Counted from the stretch's first letter, positions 42,233 through 51,793 are shown. The stretch is 64,000 nt of DNA from Tagaea sp. (GCA_965279525.1 CBDIIB010000005.1:1344001-1408000), one strand, 5' to 3'. The notes: generated by a model not told the origin, from the letters alone. Numbers and translations are program-made.

Positions 42233-43054
42233 TTACCCGACCCTCACGCGATGCTTGGCGACCGGGATCATCTCGCGAACGGCCGCAACGCGTTTGGGAT
42301 CGATGCGCGAGGTGACGATGCCCACGCCGTCGGACGCGCGCGCCACGACATGGCCCCACGGATCGACCACCATCGAATGGCCGTAGGTCTGGCGCATGCC
42401 GTTGCCGGCGCGGAAGCTGCCGGTCTGCCCGGCGGCGCAGAAATAGGTCTCGGTCTCGATCGCGCGCGCGCGGCACAGCACTTCCCAGTGGTCCTTGCCG
42501 GTCTGCATCGTGAAGGCGGCAGGCAACGCGATCACTGCGGCACCCTTGGCGGCGAGCGCCTGGAACAGGTCGGGGAAGCGCAGGTCGTAGCAGATCGCGC
42601 AGCCCACCGTGACGCCCTCGCAGTCGTACGTGACGACGGCGTCGCCCGGCGCCACCGAAGCGGATTCCTTGTACTCGGTGCCGTCGGGTGTCACGACGTC
42701 GAACAGGTGGATCTTGCGGTAGCGGGCGATTTCCTTGCCCGCACGGTCGAAAACCAGCGTGGTGTTGTGGATGCGGCTGTCGTCCTCGATCTTCTCGCTG
42801 ATCGAACCGGCATGCAGGAACACGCGATGCGTGCGCGCGGCCTCCTGCATCATTTTATAGGTGGGCCCGCCGGGGATGGCCTCGGCATTGGCGAGCTTCT
42901 CGGCCGTCGTGCCGCCGATATAGTCGAACGTCTCGGGCAGCAGGATCCAGTCGGGCTTTTCGACCCGCACGGCTTCGTCGATCAGGCGGCGCGCTTCGGC
43001 GAGGTTCTTCGCCTTGTCGTCGACCGAGTTCATCTGGATCAGGGACACTTTCAT
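42233..43054 (-). CDS. Carbon-nitrogen hydrolase (Nit1/deaminated glutathione amidase-like)
   Basis: Catalytic triad LPE, YRKIHLFD, ICYDLRFP; AAFT..TGKDHW, ARAIE, YGHSMVVDPWG. Confidence 0.92.
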   Translation of the reverse strand: MKVSLIQMNSVDDKAKNLAEARRLIDEAVRVEKPDWILLPETFDYIGGTTAEKLANAEAIPGGPTYKMMQEAARTHRVFLHAGSISEKIEDDSRIHNTTLVFDRAGKEIARYRKIHLFDVVTPDGTEYKESASVAPGDAVVTYDCEGVTVGCAICYDLRFPDLFQALAAKGAAVIALPAAFTMQTGKDHWEVLCRARAIETETYFCAAGQTGSFRAGNGMRQTYGHSMVVDPWGHVVARASDGVGIVTSRIDPKRVAAVREMIPVAKHRVRVG

Positions 43055-43115
43055 CGAGGACTCCTCCGGTGCAGGAGTATGCACCAAACCGCCTCGGCTT
43101 TCCCAATGCGTCGTT

Positions 43116-45236
43116 TCACTTCCCGTCGAGGACGGTGACGGCCGTCCAGCCGGGCCCCGGCGGGGAATCGCGGAGCGGAGCGACCCGCCCGGCAAGGCTT
43201 GCCGCCGCCGTGTCGCCGTCCAGCGGCGGGGCCGTGAGCCGGGCGTGCGCGGCGGCGAAATCGCCCGCCCGGTAGAGGGCGAGGGCGGCCGCGAACGCCG
43301 CCGCATCCACTTTCGTCGCGGCGTCGAGCGGTTCGTAGATCGTCACCGGCTTCTCGCGCCCCTTGACCTGGATGCAGTCGAGCTCGCGCCACCCGATTTC
43401 CGGGCCGGGTGCGGCGTCGGCCAGCAGACGCACCGATTCCGCGCACATCACGTTGGTCCCGAAATATTTGTTCGCCCCCTCGAGGCGCGAGGCGAGGTTC
43501 ACCGTGTCGCCCATCACCGTGTAGTTGAAGCGCTTCTTCGAGCCGATATTGCCGACAAGTGCGCGCCCGCTGTTGAGCCCGATGCGCGCCTTGAGCTTGT
43601 GCCCGAGGAACAAGGCGGCCGGATCGGCGTTCATCGCGGCAAGCTTCGCGTTGCACGCAAGGGCCGCCTCGACGGCACGGCGCGCATGCGCCGGATCGTC
43701 CATCGGTGCCCCGAACACCGCGACGATCGCATCGCCGATATACTTGTCGACGAAACCGCCATGCGCCTCGACGATGTCGGTCATCGCCGAGAGATACATG
43801 TTCATCACCTGCACGAGCTGCTGGGGCGTCAGGCTCTCCGACAGGCCGGTGAACCCGGCGACGTCGGAGAACATCACGGTGATCTCGCGCTCTTCCCCGC
43901 CCAATTCGGGCGGGGCCTGCGCCGTCATCAGCCGGTCGACCATCGCGGGCGCCAGATAAAGCCCGAAGCTCCGGCGCAGCAGGCGCTTGTCCTTGTCGGC
44001 GACCGCGAAGCGGTAGCCGAGCAGACCCGCACCCGCAAGGAAGGAAGCGACGAGGGCGGTCAGGAACGGCCAGACGAGGGCGTTGTCGAGGGCGACGACG
44101 CTTGCTGCCGTCCAGGCCAGCGCCAGCCCGCCGAACGCCGCGACGAACGCCGTCGCCGGCAGGGCGAGGGCCGCCGTTGCCGTCGCGGCAAGCAGGATCG
44201 TGGCCGCCAGCCCTTCGCCGGCCCGCCCGAGCTCGGCAAGGCCGCCGCCGCGCAGCAGGTTGTTGACGAACGTGGCGTGGATGAACACGCCGGGGATCGC
44301 GTCGCGGACTACGTCTTCGCGCACGATGTCGGTGCGCGCGGGAAGCGCACAGCGCGCGCCGAAGGCCGCCCCTTCCTGTCCGGTCATGAAGCGGCGCGAC
44401 GTGAGCTTGCGGTCCTCGACGTCGAGCACCGTGCCGATGAACACGACCTTGTCCTTGAAGTGCTTCGCGAAGAACGCCGCATCGCCTTTCTCCGCGCAGG
44501 CGCGCAGGTCGCCGAGCGAAAAGGCCGGGATATCGGCGCCGCCGCCGTCGAAATCGATCGGCATCGCGTTGGCAGCCGAGCCGGGCAGGCGGCGGCCGTC
44601 GAACCACACGCCGTCGGCGCGAAGTTCCGGCTCGACCTTGCGCGCGCGCGCGGCGGCTTCGAGCCCGAGCGAGGTCTGCCGGGCGCCATCCTCGAGATCG
44701 AAGAACAGCGGTGCGCGCCTGATCGCCTCGTCGGGATCGCGGAACAGGTTGGTCGAACGGATGTTCGCGTCGTGGCCAACGGCGAAGCTCTGGCCCTGGA
44801 AGGGGCGGATCGGCGAAGCGCCGTGCTGCACCTTGCCCAGGATCAGCCGTCCCTCGCGCGAGCCGGCGCGCAACACCCGCAGGAAGTCGCGGTCGTAGCC
44901 GGGCACGAAACGCTCGACCGACGTGGGGAAGATCACGTCGAACGCGACGACCGAAGCGCCGGCGTCGAGCACCGCGTTCAGCACCGGGGCCATTTCGCGT
45001 GTCCAGAAGGCCTGCGGCACGTCGGCGAAGGGCGGCGTGCGGTAGGATTCCTCGTCGATCGCCACGACGACGCTGGGCGAGGTGGCCGCATCGTGCCGCG
45101 GCCCGAAGGCGAGATGGCGCAGCGCGAATGTCAGGTCGAGAGAGATGCCGCGCAGCGTGTCGGCCAGCGGCGAGGCGACGAAAAGCGCGCCGAGGAGGAC
45201 GGCCGCGACGGCGGCCCCGGACGCGTGGCGCTTCAT
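43116..45236 (-). CDS. CHASE2-domain class III adenylate cyclase
   Basis: CHASE2 (VVVAIDEES, AFDVIF, DPDEAIRR, DKVVFIG, PGVFIHA), 3 TMs, catalytic FSDVAGFT, DKYIGDA, YTVMGDTVNLASRLE (Lys/Thr ATP-selecting pair). Confidence 0.93.
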   Translation of the reverse strand: MKRHASGAAVAAVLLGALFVASPLADTLRGISLDLTFALRHLAFGPRHDAATSPSVVVAIDEESYRTPPFADVPQAFWTREMAPVLNAVLDAGASVVAFDVIFPTSVERFVPGYDRDFLRVLRAGSREGRLILGKVQHGASPIRPFQGQSFAVGHDANIRSTNLFRDPDEAIRRAPLFFDLEDGARQTSLGLEAAARARKVEPELRADGVWFDGRRLPGSAANAMPIDFDGGGADIPAFSLGDLRACAEKGDAAFFAKHFKDKVVFIGTVLDVEDRKLTSRRFMTGQEGAAFGARCALPARTDIVREDVVRDAIPGVFIHATFVNNLLRGGGLAELGRAGEGLAATILLAATATAALALPATAFVAAFGGLALAWTAASVVALDNALVWPFLTALVASFLAGAGLLGYRFAVADKDKRLLRRSFGLYLAPAMVDRLMTAQAPPELGGEEREITVMFSDVAGFTGLSESLTPQQLVQVMNMYLSAMTDIVEAHGGFVDKYIGDAIVAVFGAPMDDPAHARRAVEAALACNAKLAAMNADPAALFLGHKLKARIGLNSGRALVGNIGSKKRFNYTVMGDTVNLASRLEGANKYFGTNVMCAESVRLLADAAPGPEIGWRELDCIQVKGREKPVTIYEPLDAATKVDAAAFAAALALYRAGDFAAAHARLTAPPLDGDTAAASLAGRVAPLRDSPPGPGWTAVTVLDGK

Positions 45237-45238
45237 GT

Positions 45239-45895
45239 CTAGAGCCGGATGAGGCGGCTCAGCAGCGGTGCCTGTCCCGATCGTGCCTCGGGGTCGACCT
45301 TGAAGACGATGTTCCGCTCGCCGACCGACAGACGGTAGGTTCCGCCGGCGACCAGCGCGCGGTCGGCCTTGGCGAGATCGAAGAAGCTGCCGCGCGTGAG
45401 CTGCTGGGCCGGCACGTCGAAAGCCATCGGTTCGCCCGGCTGGTCGAGACGCGCGATCGACACGCGCCCGCCACCCTTGATGTCGAGCACGGGCGAAATG
45501 CCGTAGATCGTCATCTCGGGCGCGTTCGCGGCGGCACCCGGCCTGGGCGGCGCGCGGAAGACCATGACGCCGGACTTCGCCGCCTGGTCGGAGGAAAGGC
45601 GCATCTTGCCGGCATCGCACGGCATCTTCTCGCGCCGCACGGTGCCGCCGGCCACGCTCGACTGCTCGGCGCCCACGGTGACCGTCCCGCCCTTGATCGT
45701 CTCGCGCCAGCAAGACTTCAGATAGCCCAGCACCAGCTCGTCGCCGGCGCCCAGCTTCACGACGCGCCCGGCCTCGACATAGTCCATGAAGTCCACGTCG
45801 AGCTTGCCCTTGGCATCCTCGACGATGGCGACGGGGTCGGCTGCAAGTGCAGGTGCTGCGGCGAGCGAAAGGAGAAGCGCCAGAACGCGATGCAT
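45239..45895 (-). CDS. Exported hypothetical protein (218 aa), beta-rich N-domain with a Cys pair
   Basis: Signal peptide ending ALA-A; ends 2 nt before the cyclase start; typical codon usage. Confidence 0.75.
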   Translation of the reverse strand: MHRVLALLLSLAAAPALAADPVAIVEDAKGKLDVDFMDYVEAGRVVKLGAGDELVLGYLKSCWRETIKGGTVTVGAEQSSVAGGTVRREKMPCDAGKMRLSSDQAAKSGVMVFRAPPRPGAAANAPEMTIYGISPVLDIKGGGRVSIARLDQPGEPMAFDVPAQQLTRGSFFDLAKADRALVAGGTYRLSVGERNIVFKVDPEARSGQAPLLSRLIRL

Positions 45896-45917
45896 CCGGG
45901 ACCGTCTGCTGCGCTGA

Positions 45918-47336
45918 CTATTTGAACGTGACATCGGTCGACTTGCCTTGCTCTGTGGTGAAATTGACCTGCACATACTTCTCTTTTTCGGCCGCGATGA
46001 CCCTTCCGCGCATAATCGATTTCGTCTGGTCGCCGAAGCGCCCGCAGACGATTTCGATTTCGGAAAATGTGCCATCTTCGCCGATCGGCCCGCTGCCGGC
46101 GCAGTTGCCGCCGCCGCCGCGTGGCCCGCCCGTCCACGAGGCGCCTAGCCGGATGCTGCCCTGCGCGACCGTGGCAAATGCGTGCGTGCCGGAGCTGCTG
46201 ATGACGCCGAGCGCAATGTTCGCCGAATACACGCCGTTGAACTGGGTGCCGGCGCGAGCCGCCGGTACGGAAGCGACCTGCTGGGGTGGTGCCACGACCG
46301 GTGCCGGTGCCGGCGCCGCCACAGGCGCCGGGGCTGCAGCGACAGGTGCCGGTGCTGGCGCCGGTGCTGGGGCCGCACGCGCGGCGACGACCTGCTGGCG
46401 GGCGGCTTCGAGGCTTGCCACGCGCGCGCGCGCGATGCCCGCGAACATGCCGGTCGGGAACGTGTCGAGATAGGCGCGCAGCTCGGCGGGATCGCTCGAT
46501 CCCTTGACCGAATCCCAGAACATCGCTTCGCGGTCGACGGCGGGTGCTGCCGCTGCGGCAGGTGCTGTCGGCGCCACGGCGGCCGATGCGGCCGCCGGCG
46601 GCTGGAAATAGAAGTCGCCGGTCAGCGACGAGGCTTCCCAAGGGACCTGTGCGCCGTTGGACGCGCGCGCCACGCCGATGCGCACCTGCTTGAAAACGTC
46701 TTCGGCTTTCAGGCCCGGCTGCGCCAGCGCCTTCAGCAGTTCTTGCGTATAAAGCCCGTTGGAACCCTCGCCGTCGGCGGCGACTTTGCCGGGAGCGGTC
46801 GCATAGGCGATCATCGTGCCTTCGGGTGCATTGATCTGTGCGAGGCCGCCACCGACCGAGCGGAAGCGCCGCTCGAACGGATTGTTCCGGCAGGCATCGA
46901 GAATGACCATGCTGACGCGCGCGCGCGCTGCCGCCATCTGGTCGAGCACGGCGTCGATGTCGAGCGTTTCCAGCCGCACGCGCTGCTCGGACGTGATCCT
47001 GGCGTCGGTCGGGATCAGGTAGTTGCGGCCCTGCACCTGCATGCCGTGGCCGGCGAAGAAGAACAGCGCCGTGTCGCCCTCGCTCAGCTTCTCGCCGAAA
47101 TCGGCGACGACCTCGTTCATCTGCGCCTTCGTGGCGTTCTCGCGCAGGAGCACCTCGAACCCCTGCCGGCGCAGCGTGGCGGCGATCGCGCGCGCGTCGT
47201 TGGGCGGGTTCTTGAGCGGGGCCTCGGCGTAGCTGCCGTTGCCGATGACCAGCGCCACTTTCTTGCTGGCGAGGGCCGGCGTGCCGACCGCCAGAAGCGC
47301 GCTCAGGAAGGCGAGTAGGCGGATCAATGGATGCAT
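45918..47336 (-). CDS. Exported caspase-family (peptidase C14) protein
   Basis: Signal peptide; ALVIGN.SY, LKNPPNDA, FFAGHG (His), ILDACRNNP (Cys), YATAPG, QVPW; helical FWDSV..YL..FP.G.FA module; Pro/Ala linker; unknown C-terminal domain. Confidence 0.93.
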   Translation of the reverse strand: MHPLIRLLAFLSALLAVGTPALASKKVALVIGNGSYAEAPLKNPPNDARAIAATLRRQGFEVLLRENATKAQMNEVVADFGEKLSEGDTALFFFAGHGMQVQGRNYLIPTDARITSEQRVRLETLDIDAVLDQMAAARARVSMVILDACRNNPFERRFRSVGGGLAQINAPEGTMIAYATAPGKVAADGEGSNGLYTQELLKALAQPGLKAEDVFKQVRIGVARASNGAQVPWEASSLTGDFYFQPPAAASAAVAPTAPAAAAAPAVDREAMFWDSVKGSSDPAELRAYLDTFPTGMFAGIARARVASLEAARQQVVAARAAPAPAPAPAPVAAAPAPVAAPAPAPVVAPPQQVASVPAARAGTQFNGVYSANIALGVISSSGTHAFATVAQGSIRLGASWTGGPRGGGGNCAGSGPIGEDGTFSEIEIVCGRFGDQTKSIMRGRVIAAEKEKYVQVNFTTEQGKSTDVTFK

Positions 47337-47423
47337 CTCATGCCCCCCCGGTCGAACCCGGCAAAACCGTCACAGGCTGATACCTACGTTAGTCCCGACC
47401 GGCCCCGCCCGCAGTGATGCCGC

Positions 47424-50400
47424 TCACTCCGATACTTGCGAAACCTGCCGTGCGCCCGAGCCGCCACCGTCCCCGACGAGGGCGAACGGCGCCCAGAAGA
47501 TGGGGTGGCTGTAGGCGAAGACGGTCTGGCGGTTGGCGGGATCGACGTAACCCGGTCCGTCGATCAGGGCCGCCATCGCCTGCTGGAGGGCGGCCGCGCG
47601 CGCAAGACCCGGATCGCGCGCCTGGCGCCCGAACAGGTCGGTCGTCAGCACGCGCGCACTCGTCGTCTCGACCGGCCAGTTGGTCACCAGCAGGGCGCGG
47701 GTTCCGGCATAGAAGAACGCCCGGCCAAGGCCGGAGACGGCTTCCGCCCCCGCCCCGTCGCCCGTCGCCGTGTTGCAGGCCGACAGCACGACCCAGTCGG
47801 CATTGAGTTTAAGGCCCAGTACCTCGTCGAGCGTCAGCAGCCCGTCGCCGTCGATGTCGGCGACGTTGGGCGCCGACAGGGCGAGAGCCGGCTGCGTGAG
47901 CCCGTTGAGATCGCCCGGGATCAGCCCGTGCGTGGCGAACATCACCACCCGCCGGTTCGACAGGTCCATCGTCTTGACGTTGCGCTCGTTGGCGGCCGCC
48001 CCCAGGAACACGTCCGAGGCATCGGCGTTGAGCGCCAGCGCGATCCCCTTCACCTCGTCCGACGTGTCGGGCAGGCGCGGCAGCATGGCAAGCTCGGCAC
48101 TGTCGACGGTCGACGTCGCGGGTGCGGAACGCCGCACGAGCTTCACGCCCCTTGTCTGCAGGCCGCGCGTGGTCAGCTGGGCGACCTGCTGCGTGGCCGC
48201 TTCGACCTTCGCCTCGGCCATCTGCTCGGCGCTGAACCACGGATCGCCGAAGCCCGCGAACGCCTTGCGGTTGGCAGGTGCGGCCGGCAGGTTGCGCAGC
48301 GTGGCCAGCGAGGCGACCGACGGAAGCTGGGTGATGCCGGCCTTGCGGATCAGGAACGGCACCTTCCTGTACGCCGAGAACAGCGCTTCGCCCTCGCGCT
48401 CGGCGGCAAGCTGTGCAGGCTCGGTCACCAGCACGCCGAACGGCAGCTGGCCCAGCACGTCGTGCGGCACGACCAGCAGCGACGTGGCGTTGGCGAAGCC
48501 CGCTTCGACCGGCTTCAGCAGGTCGGCATAGAGCTTGCCCGCGAGCGCCACGTCGAAGGCCGGGATGTCGCCAAGCGTGGCGGCGTTGGGGTCAAGCGAC
48601 TTGCGCAGGCTCGCGACCGTCGCGGCCATCGCCTTCTGCCCGACGGGCACGGCCGAGAACGCGACCGCTCCCGCCTGCGGGACGGCCCACACGAAGCTCT
48701 GCTCCATGCCCACATAGGTGGCGATCAGTGCTTCGCCGGGCCGCAACGAGCGGCGGGCCTGCTCGACCGTCGCGGGGCGCGGATCGATCAGGTTCACATA
48801 ATCCGGAAAGCGCCGCTCGATCTCCTGGCGGATCGCCGCGCGTGCAGCGCGCAAGGAATCGATCTGCGTGCGCAGGACACGCACCGCCGCGTCGTCGCGC
48901 TCGGGGGCCGACAGCACGTTGGTCAGCAGCCCCTGCAGCGCGCCCACCTGCTTCTGCGTGTCCTGCTCCTGGCGCACGAACTCGGCCAGGGCCGGGTCCG
49001 ACGCCGACGCGCGCGCCGAGCTTTGCGCCAGTGCCCGCTGCACGCCCTGCCCGCGGATCGCGTCGGCAAGGCGGAACGACTCCTCTGCAGAACCCGCTCG
49101 ATTCGACGCCGAAAGCGCGCGCAGTGCCGACTCGAACACCACGCGCAGCTGGCTGTCGCGCTGCGCCGAACCGCCTTCTTCGTCGTCTGCCTGGCGTGAG
49201 GACTGCAGCAGGATCGGTGTCGCGGCGTCGAACTCGGCCAGCGCACCGGCCGTGTCGCCGAGCCGGCCTTTGGCCGCACCCAGCATGCCGCGGCTGATGG
49301 CCGTGTCCCAGTGCCGCTCGCCCAGCGTCTGCACGTTGCGCGCGACGACATTGGTCATCACGCGACGCGCTTCCTCGGCGTTGCCGCCGCGCAGCGACAC
49401 CATTCCCCAGTGCGCGTTGGAGTCGAAGGCCTGGCGCAACACGTCCGGGTTGGACGCCATGCGCTTGCGCAGGTCCTCGTAGGTCGCCGCGGCTGCCTGC
49501 CATTCGCCCTGCTGGCTCTGCGCGCGCGCGACCTGCCGGAGTGCCCGCGCGTACATGCCGGACGCCGGATCGACCTTCATCTGTTCGAGCGAGTCGAACG
49601 CGACGCGACCGAGGCGGTGGGCCTCGGCAGGGCGGCCCTGTTCGAGCAGGATGTCGCCCAGCCCGAGGACCGAACTGAGCGTTTCGGGCGCGTAGCGGCC
49701 CTGGATGGCAAGCCGGCCGAGCAGCACGGCGCGCGTTTCCACTTCGGCCTCGACGAGGCGGCCCTGGCGCGCAAGTGCGCGCGCAAGCTCGCCGCGGATG
49801 ACGTAGCCGAGATTCGTATAGGCTCTCGGCGGCTGGTTCTGCTGGCGCGTGATCGACGCCTCGTCGCGGATCAGCCGGTCGTTGCTGGAGATCGCCGCGC
49901 GCAGATGGCGTTCGGCCTCGGCGAAGCGGCCTTCCTCCATCGCGATGGTGGCCGACGAGCGCGCCACGAAAGTTTCCGCGCTCCACAGCACGAACTGCGG
50001 CAGGCGCGGGGCGTTGCGCAGTTCGGTCAGCGTCGATTCCATCCTCGGAAGCTCGACTTTCGCGGTCGCGATATCGCCGAGCTGCACGGCCGCTCCGACG
50101 AGACTCGACTGGGCCGAGATGCGCGCGCCGGGACTGGGCGCGATGGCGACGCGGCGCTGGTGCAGCGTGAAGGCCGTGCGTCCGTTGCCGATCTGCTGTT
50201 CGCTGATCGCCCACTGCTGGAGATAGCGCGCGTTGATTGCCGGCGACGCGTTGGCCGCACTGGCAAGCTCGTAGGCGCGCTTGAAATCGGCCACGCGCTG
50301 ATTGACGCGGCCGAGTTCCTCGGCGGCGATGCCGCGCTCGAACAGGAACGCGGCGAGATCGGTCCCGCGCAGGGTGGCGGGCGGCTCGGCATCGGCCTTC

Positions 50401-50618
50401 GCGACGGCGGCGGCGACGCGCGCGGGGTCGGGCTTCTGCTGGTCGAGGATCGCGGCAATGTCGGAGATCGTGCGCGGCGGCGGGCGGAAGCCCTGGCCCT
50501 GGAACTCGGCCGTGATCTGGCGGGCCTGCTGCAGGCTCACCGCCGGCTTGCCGTCCGGCTGGCAGCCCCACAGCAGAAAGAGCGCGAGCACGCATGCGGT
50601 GCTTCGGAATTCGTGCAT
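47424..50618 (-). CDS. TPR-CHAT domain lipoprotein protease (1064 aa)
   Basis: Lipobox LWGC; TPR-like helical array; LLVVPHD.L..LPF..L, FAGFGDP, FATHG (His), WVVLSACNT (Cys), FYAG, HPIFWAPF. Confidence 0.93.
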   Translation of the reverse strand: MHEFRSTACVLALFLLWGCQPDGKPAVSLQQARQITAEFQGQGFRPPPRTISDIAAILDQQKPDPARVAAAVAKADAEPPATLRGTDLAAFLFERGIAAEELGRVNQRVADFKRAYELASAANASPAINARYLQQWAISEQQIGNGRTAFTLHQRRVAIAPSPGARISAQSSLVGAAVQLGDIATAKVELPRMESTLTELRNAPRLPQFVLWSAETFVARSSATIAMEEGRFAEAERHLRAAISSNDRLIRDEASITRQQNQPPRAYTNLGYVIRGELARALARQGRLVEAEVETRAVLLGRLAIQGRYAPETLSSVLGLGDILLEQGRPAEAHRLGRVAFDSLEQMKVDPASGMYARALRQVARAQSQQGEWQAAAATYEDLRKRMASNPDVLRQAFDSNAHWGMVSLRGGNAEEARRVMTNVVARNVQTLGERHWDTAISRGMLGAAKGRLGDTAGALAEFDAATPILLQSSRQADDEEGGSAQRDSQLRVVFESALRALSASNRAGSAEESFRLADAIRGQGVQRALAQSSARASASDPALAEFVRQEQDTQKQVGALQGLLTNVLSAPERDDAAVRVLRTQIDSLRAARAAIRQEIERRFPDYVNLIDPRPATVEQARRSLRPGEALIATYVGMEQSFVWAVPQAGAVAFSAVPVGQKAMAATVASLRKSLDPNAATLGDIPAFDVALAGKLYADLLKPVEAGFANATSLLVVPHDVLGQLPFGVLVTEPAQLAAEREGEALFSAYRKVPFLIRKAGITQLPSVASLATLRNLPAAPANRKAFAGFGDPWFSAEQMAEAKVEAATQQVAQLTTRGLQTRGVKLVRRSAPATSTVDSAELAMLPRLPDTSDEVKGIALALNADASDVFLGAAANERNVKTMDLSNRRVVMFATHGLIPGDLNGLTQPALALSAPNVADIDGDGLLTLDEVLGLKLNADWVVLSACNTATGDGAGAEAVSGLGRAFFYAGTRALLVTNWPVETTSARVLTTDLFGRQARDPGLARAAALQQAMAALIDGPGYVDPANRQTVFAYSHPIFWAPFALVGDGGGSGARQVSQVSE

Positions 50619-50703
50619 CTGAAGTTGCTCCCCCCGGAGAATTCCGGACCCGATTGTAGCACCTTCCGGGGCTTGATTTTAGCACCGCCAGATGTTAGAT
50701 TAA

Positions 50704-50810
50704 TATTCCGATCATAGGTATGTGATCGGAATAGGGTGCGCGGGTCGCATCGAAACGTCTGGAGGTTACAACCTTTCTATATCAATGGGTTAAATAGGTT
50801 ACGGTAACCT
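50704..50810. promoter_or_regulatory. AT-rich control region with three inverted repeats upstream of the CHAT gene
   Basis: TATTCCGATCA-N8-TGATCGGAATA (50704-50733), AGGTT-AC-AACCT (50763-50774), AGGTTAC-G-GTAACCT (50796-50810). Confidence 0.5.
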
Positions 50811-50824
50811 GTTGTCGCCCATTA

Positions 50825-51793
50825 TTAATGCGGCGCCCCGATCGTCGCCAGCCAGAGCGGGCCGGGGTCCACCCGGTCGAGCCGGCCGGCCAGATAGTCG
50901 GCGATCGCCCCCATGCCCGACAATCCTGCAAGCGCTTCGGCCTCGGGATTGTAATTGGTGTTGGTGTTGACGTCGTAGGTGAAGGCGTTGCCCTCGCGGT
51001 CGACGATGAACTCGATGCCCGCGATGCCGATGTCGTTGGCGGCAAGGAAGCGCTCGTAGCGCTTCACCAGCGGATGGCGGAAATTCTCGAGGATGCGGAA
51101 GCGCGCACCCGGCGCCACCGCCGGGCACACGGCCGCGGGATCGACCTGGCACTGGTCGGCCGGGCACAACTCGAAGCCCGCCGACGTGTCGACGCGCACG
51201 GCATAGAGGAACTTGCCGCCGACGAACTCGACGCGCGTGATGAACGGCTCGGGTGCCGCGACATAGCGCTGCACGAGCCACGTGCCGTCGACGGGGCCGA
51301 TGGCTTCCTCGTCGGCGAGATACTCCTTCAGCGCCGCTTCGCTCAGGATCAGCTTGACGCCGAGACCCTTGCCGGCCCGGTTGTGCTTGACGATCAGCGG
51401 ATAGCCCAGCGTTTCGGCCGCGCGCGCGATCTGCCGGCGCCCGATGGCCGCGATCGTGTCGGGCACGGCGATGTCGTGGGCGGCGAGTGCCTGGTACTGC
51501 GCGACCTTGCTGATCTCGAGGGCGAGCGCACGCCGGCCGTTGACGACCGCGCGGCCGTGCCGGCTGAGCCACTCCAGCACGTGGCCGGTGTACTCGGCCG
51601 CATAGCGGTGGTCGCGCGTATGCGAGGAAGCGCTCATGCGGTTGTAGAAGACGCCTTCGGGCGGCTCGGCCCGCAGGTCGAGAGCACCCTCGTCGAGGAA
51701 CCACTCGGCGAACGGCGTGCCGCGCTTGTCGAACGCCGCGCGCAGCGGCTCGACCCAGGCGTCGTTCTCGTGGATCACGTGGACCTTGCTCAT
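50825..51793 (-). CDS. RimK/glutathione-synthetase-like ATP-grasp ligase
   Basis: VFYNRMSASSHTR, LEISKV.QY, IVKHNRAGKGLGV, LVQRYV, GFELCPAD.C, AGIEF, YDVNTNTNYN. Confidence 0.85.
   Translation of the reverse strand: MSKVHVIHENDAWVEPLRAAFDKRGTPFAEWFLDEGALDLRAEPPEGVFYNRMSASSHTRDHRYAAEYTGHVLEWLSRHGRAVVNGRRALALEISKVAQYQALAAHDIAVPDTIAAIGRRQIARAAETLGYPLIVKHNRAGKGLGVKLILSEAALKEYLADEEAIGPVDGTWLVQRYVAAPEPFITRVEFVGGKFLYAVRVDTSAGFELCPADQCQVDPAAVCPAVAPGARFRILENFRHPLVKRYERFLAANDIGIAGIEFIVDREGNAFTYDVNTNTNYNPEAEALAGLSGMGAIADYLAGRLDRVDPGPLWLATIGAPH

Noticed and set aside
46280-46380. Tandem GC-rich repeats inside the caspase gene
   Set aside because: They encode a Pro/Ala linker and are not a DNA-level repeat element.
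47424-50618. CRISPR-linked Craspase (Csx29) or anti-phage caspase defence interpretation
   Set aside because: No cas genes or repeat-spacer array, and both proteases carry export signals, which argues against a cytoplasmic nucleic-acid-triggered system.
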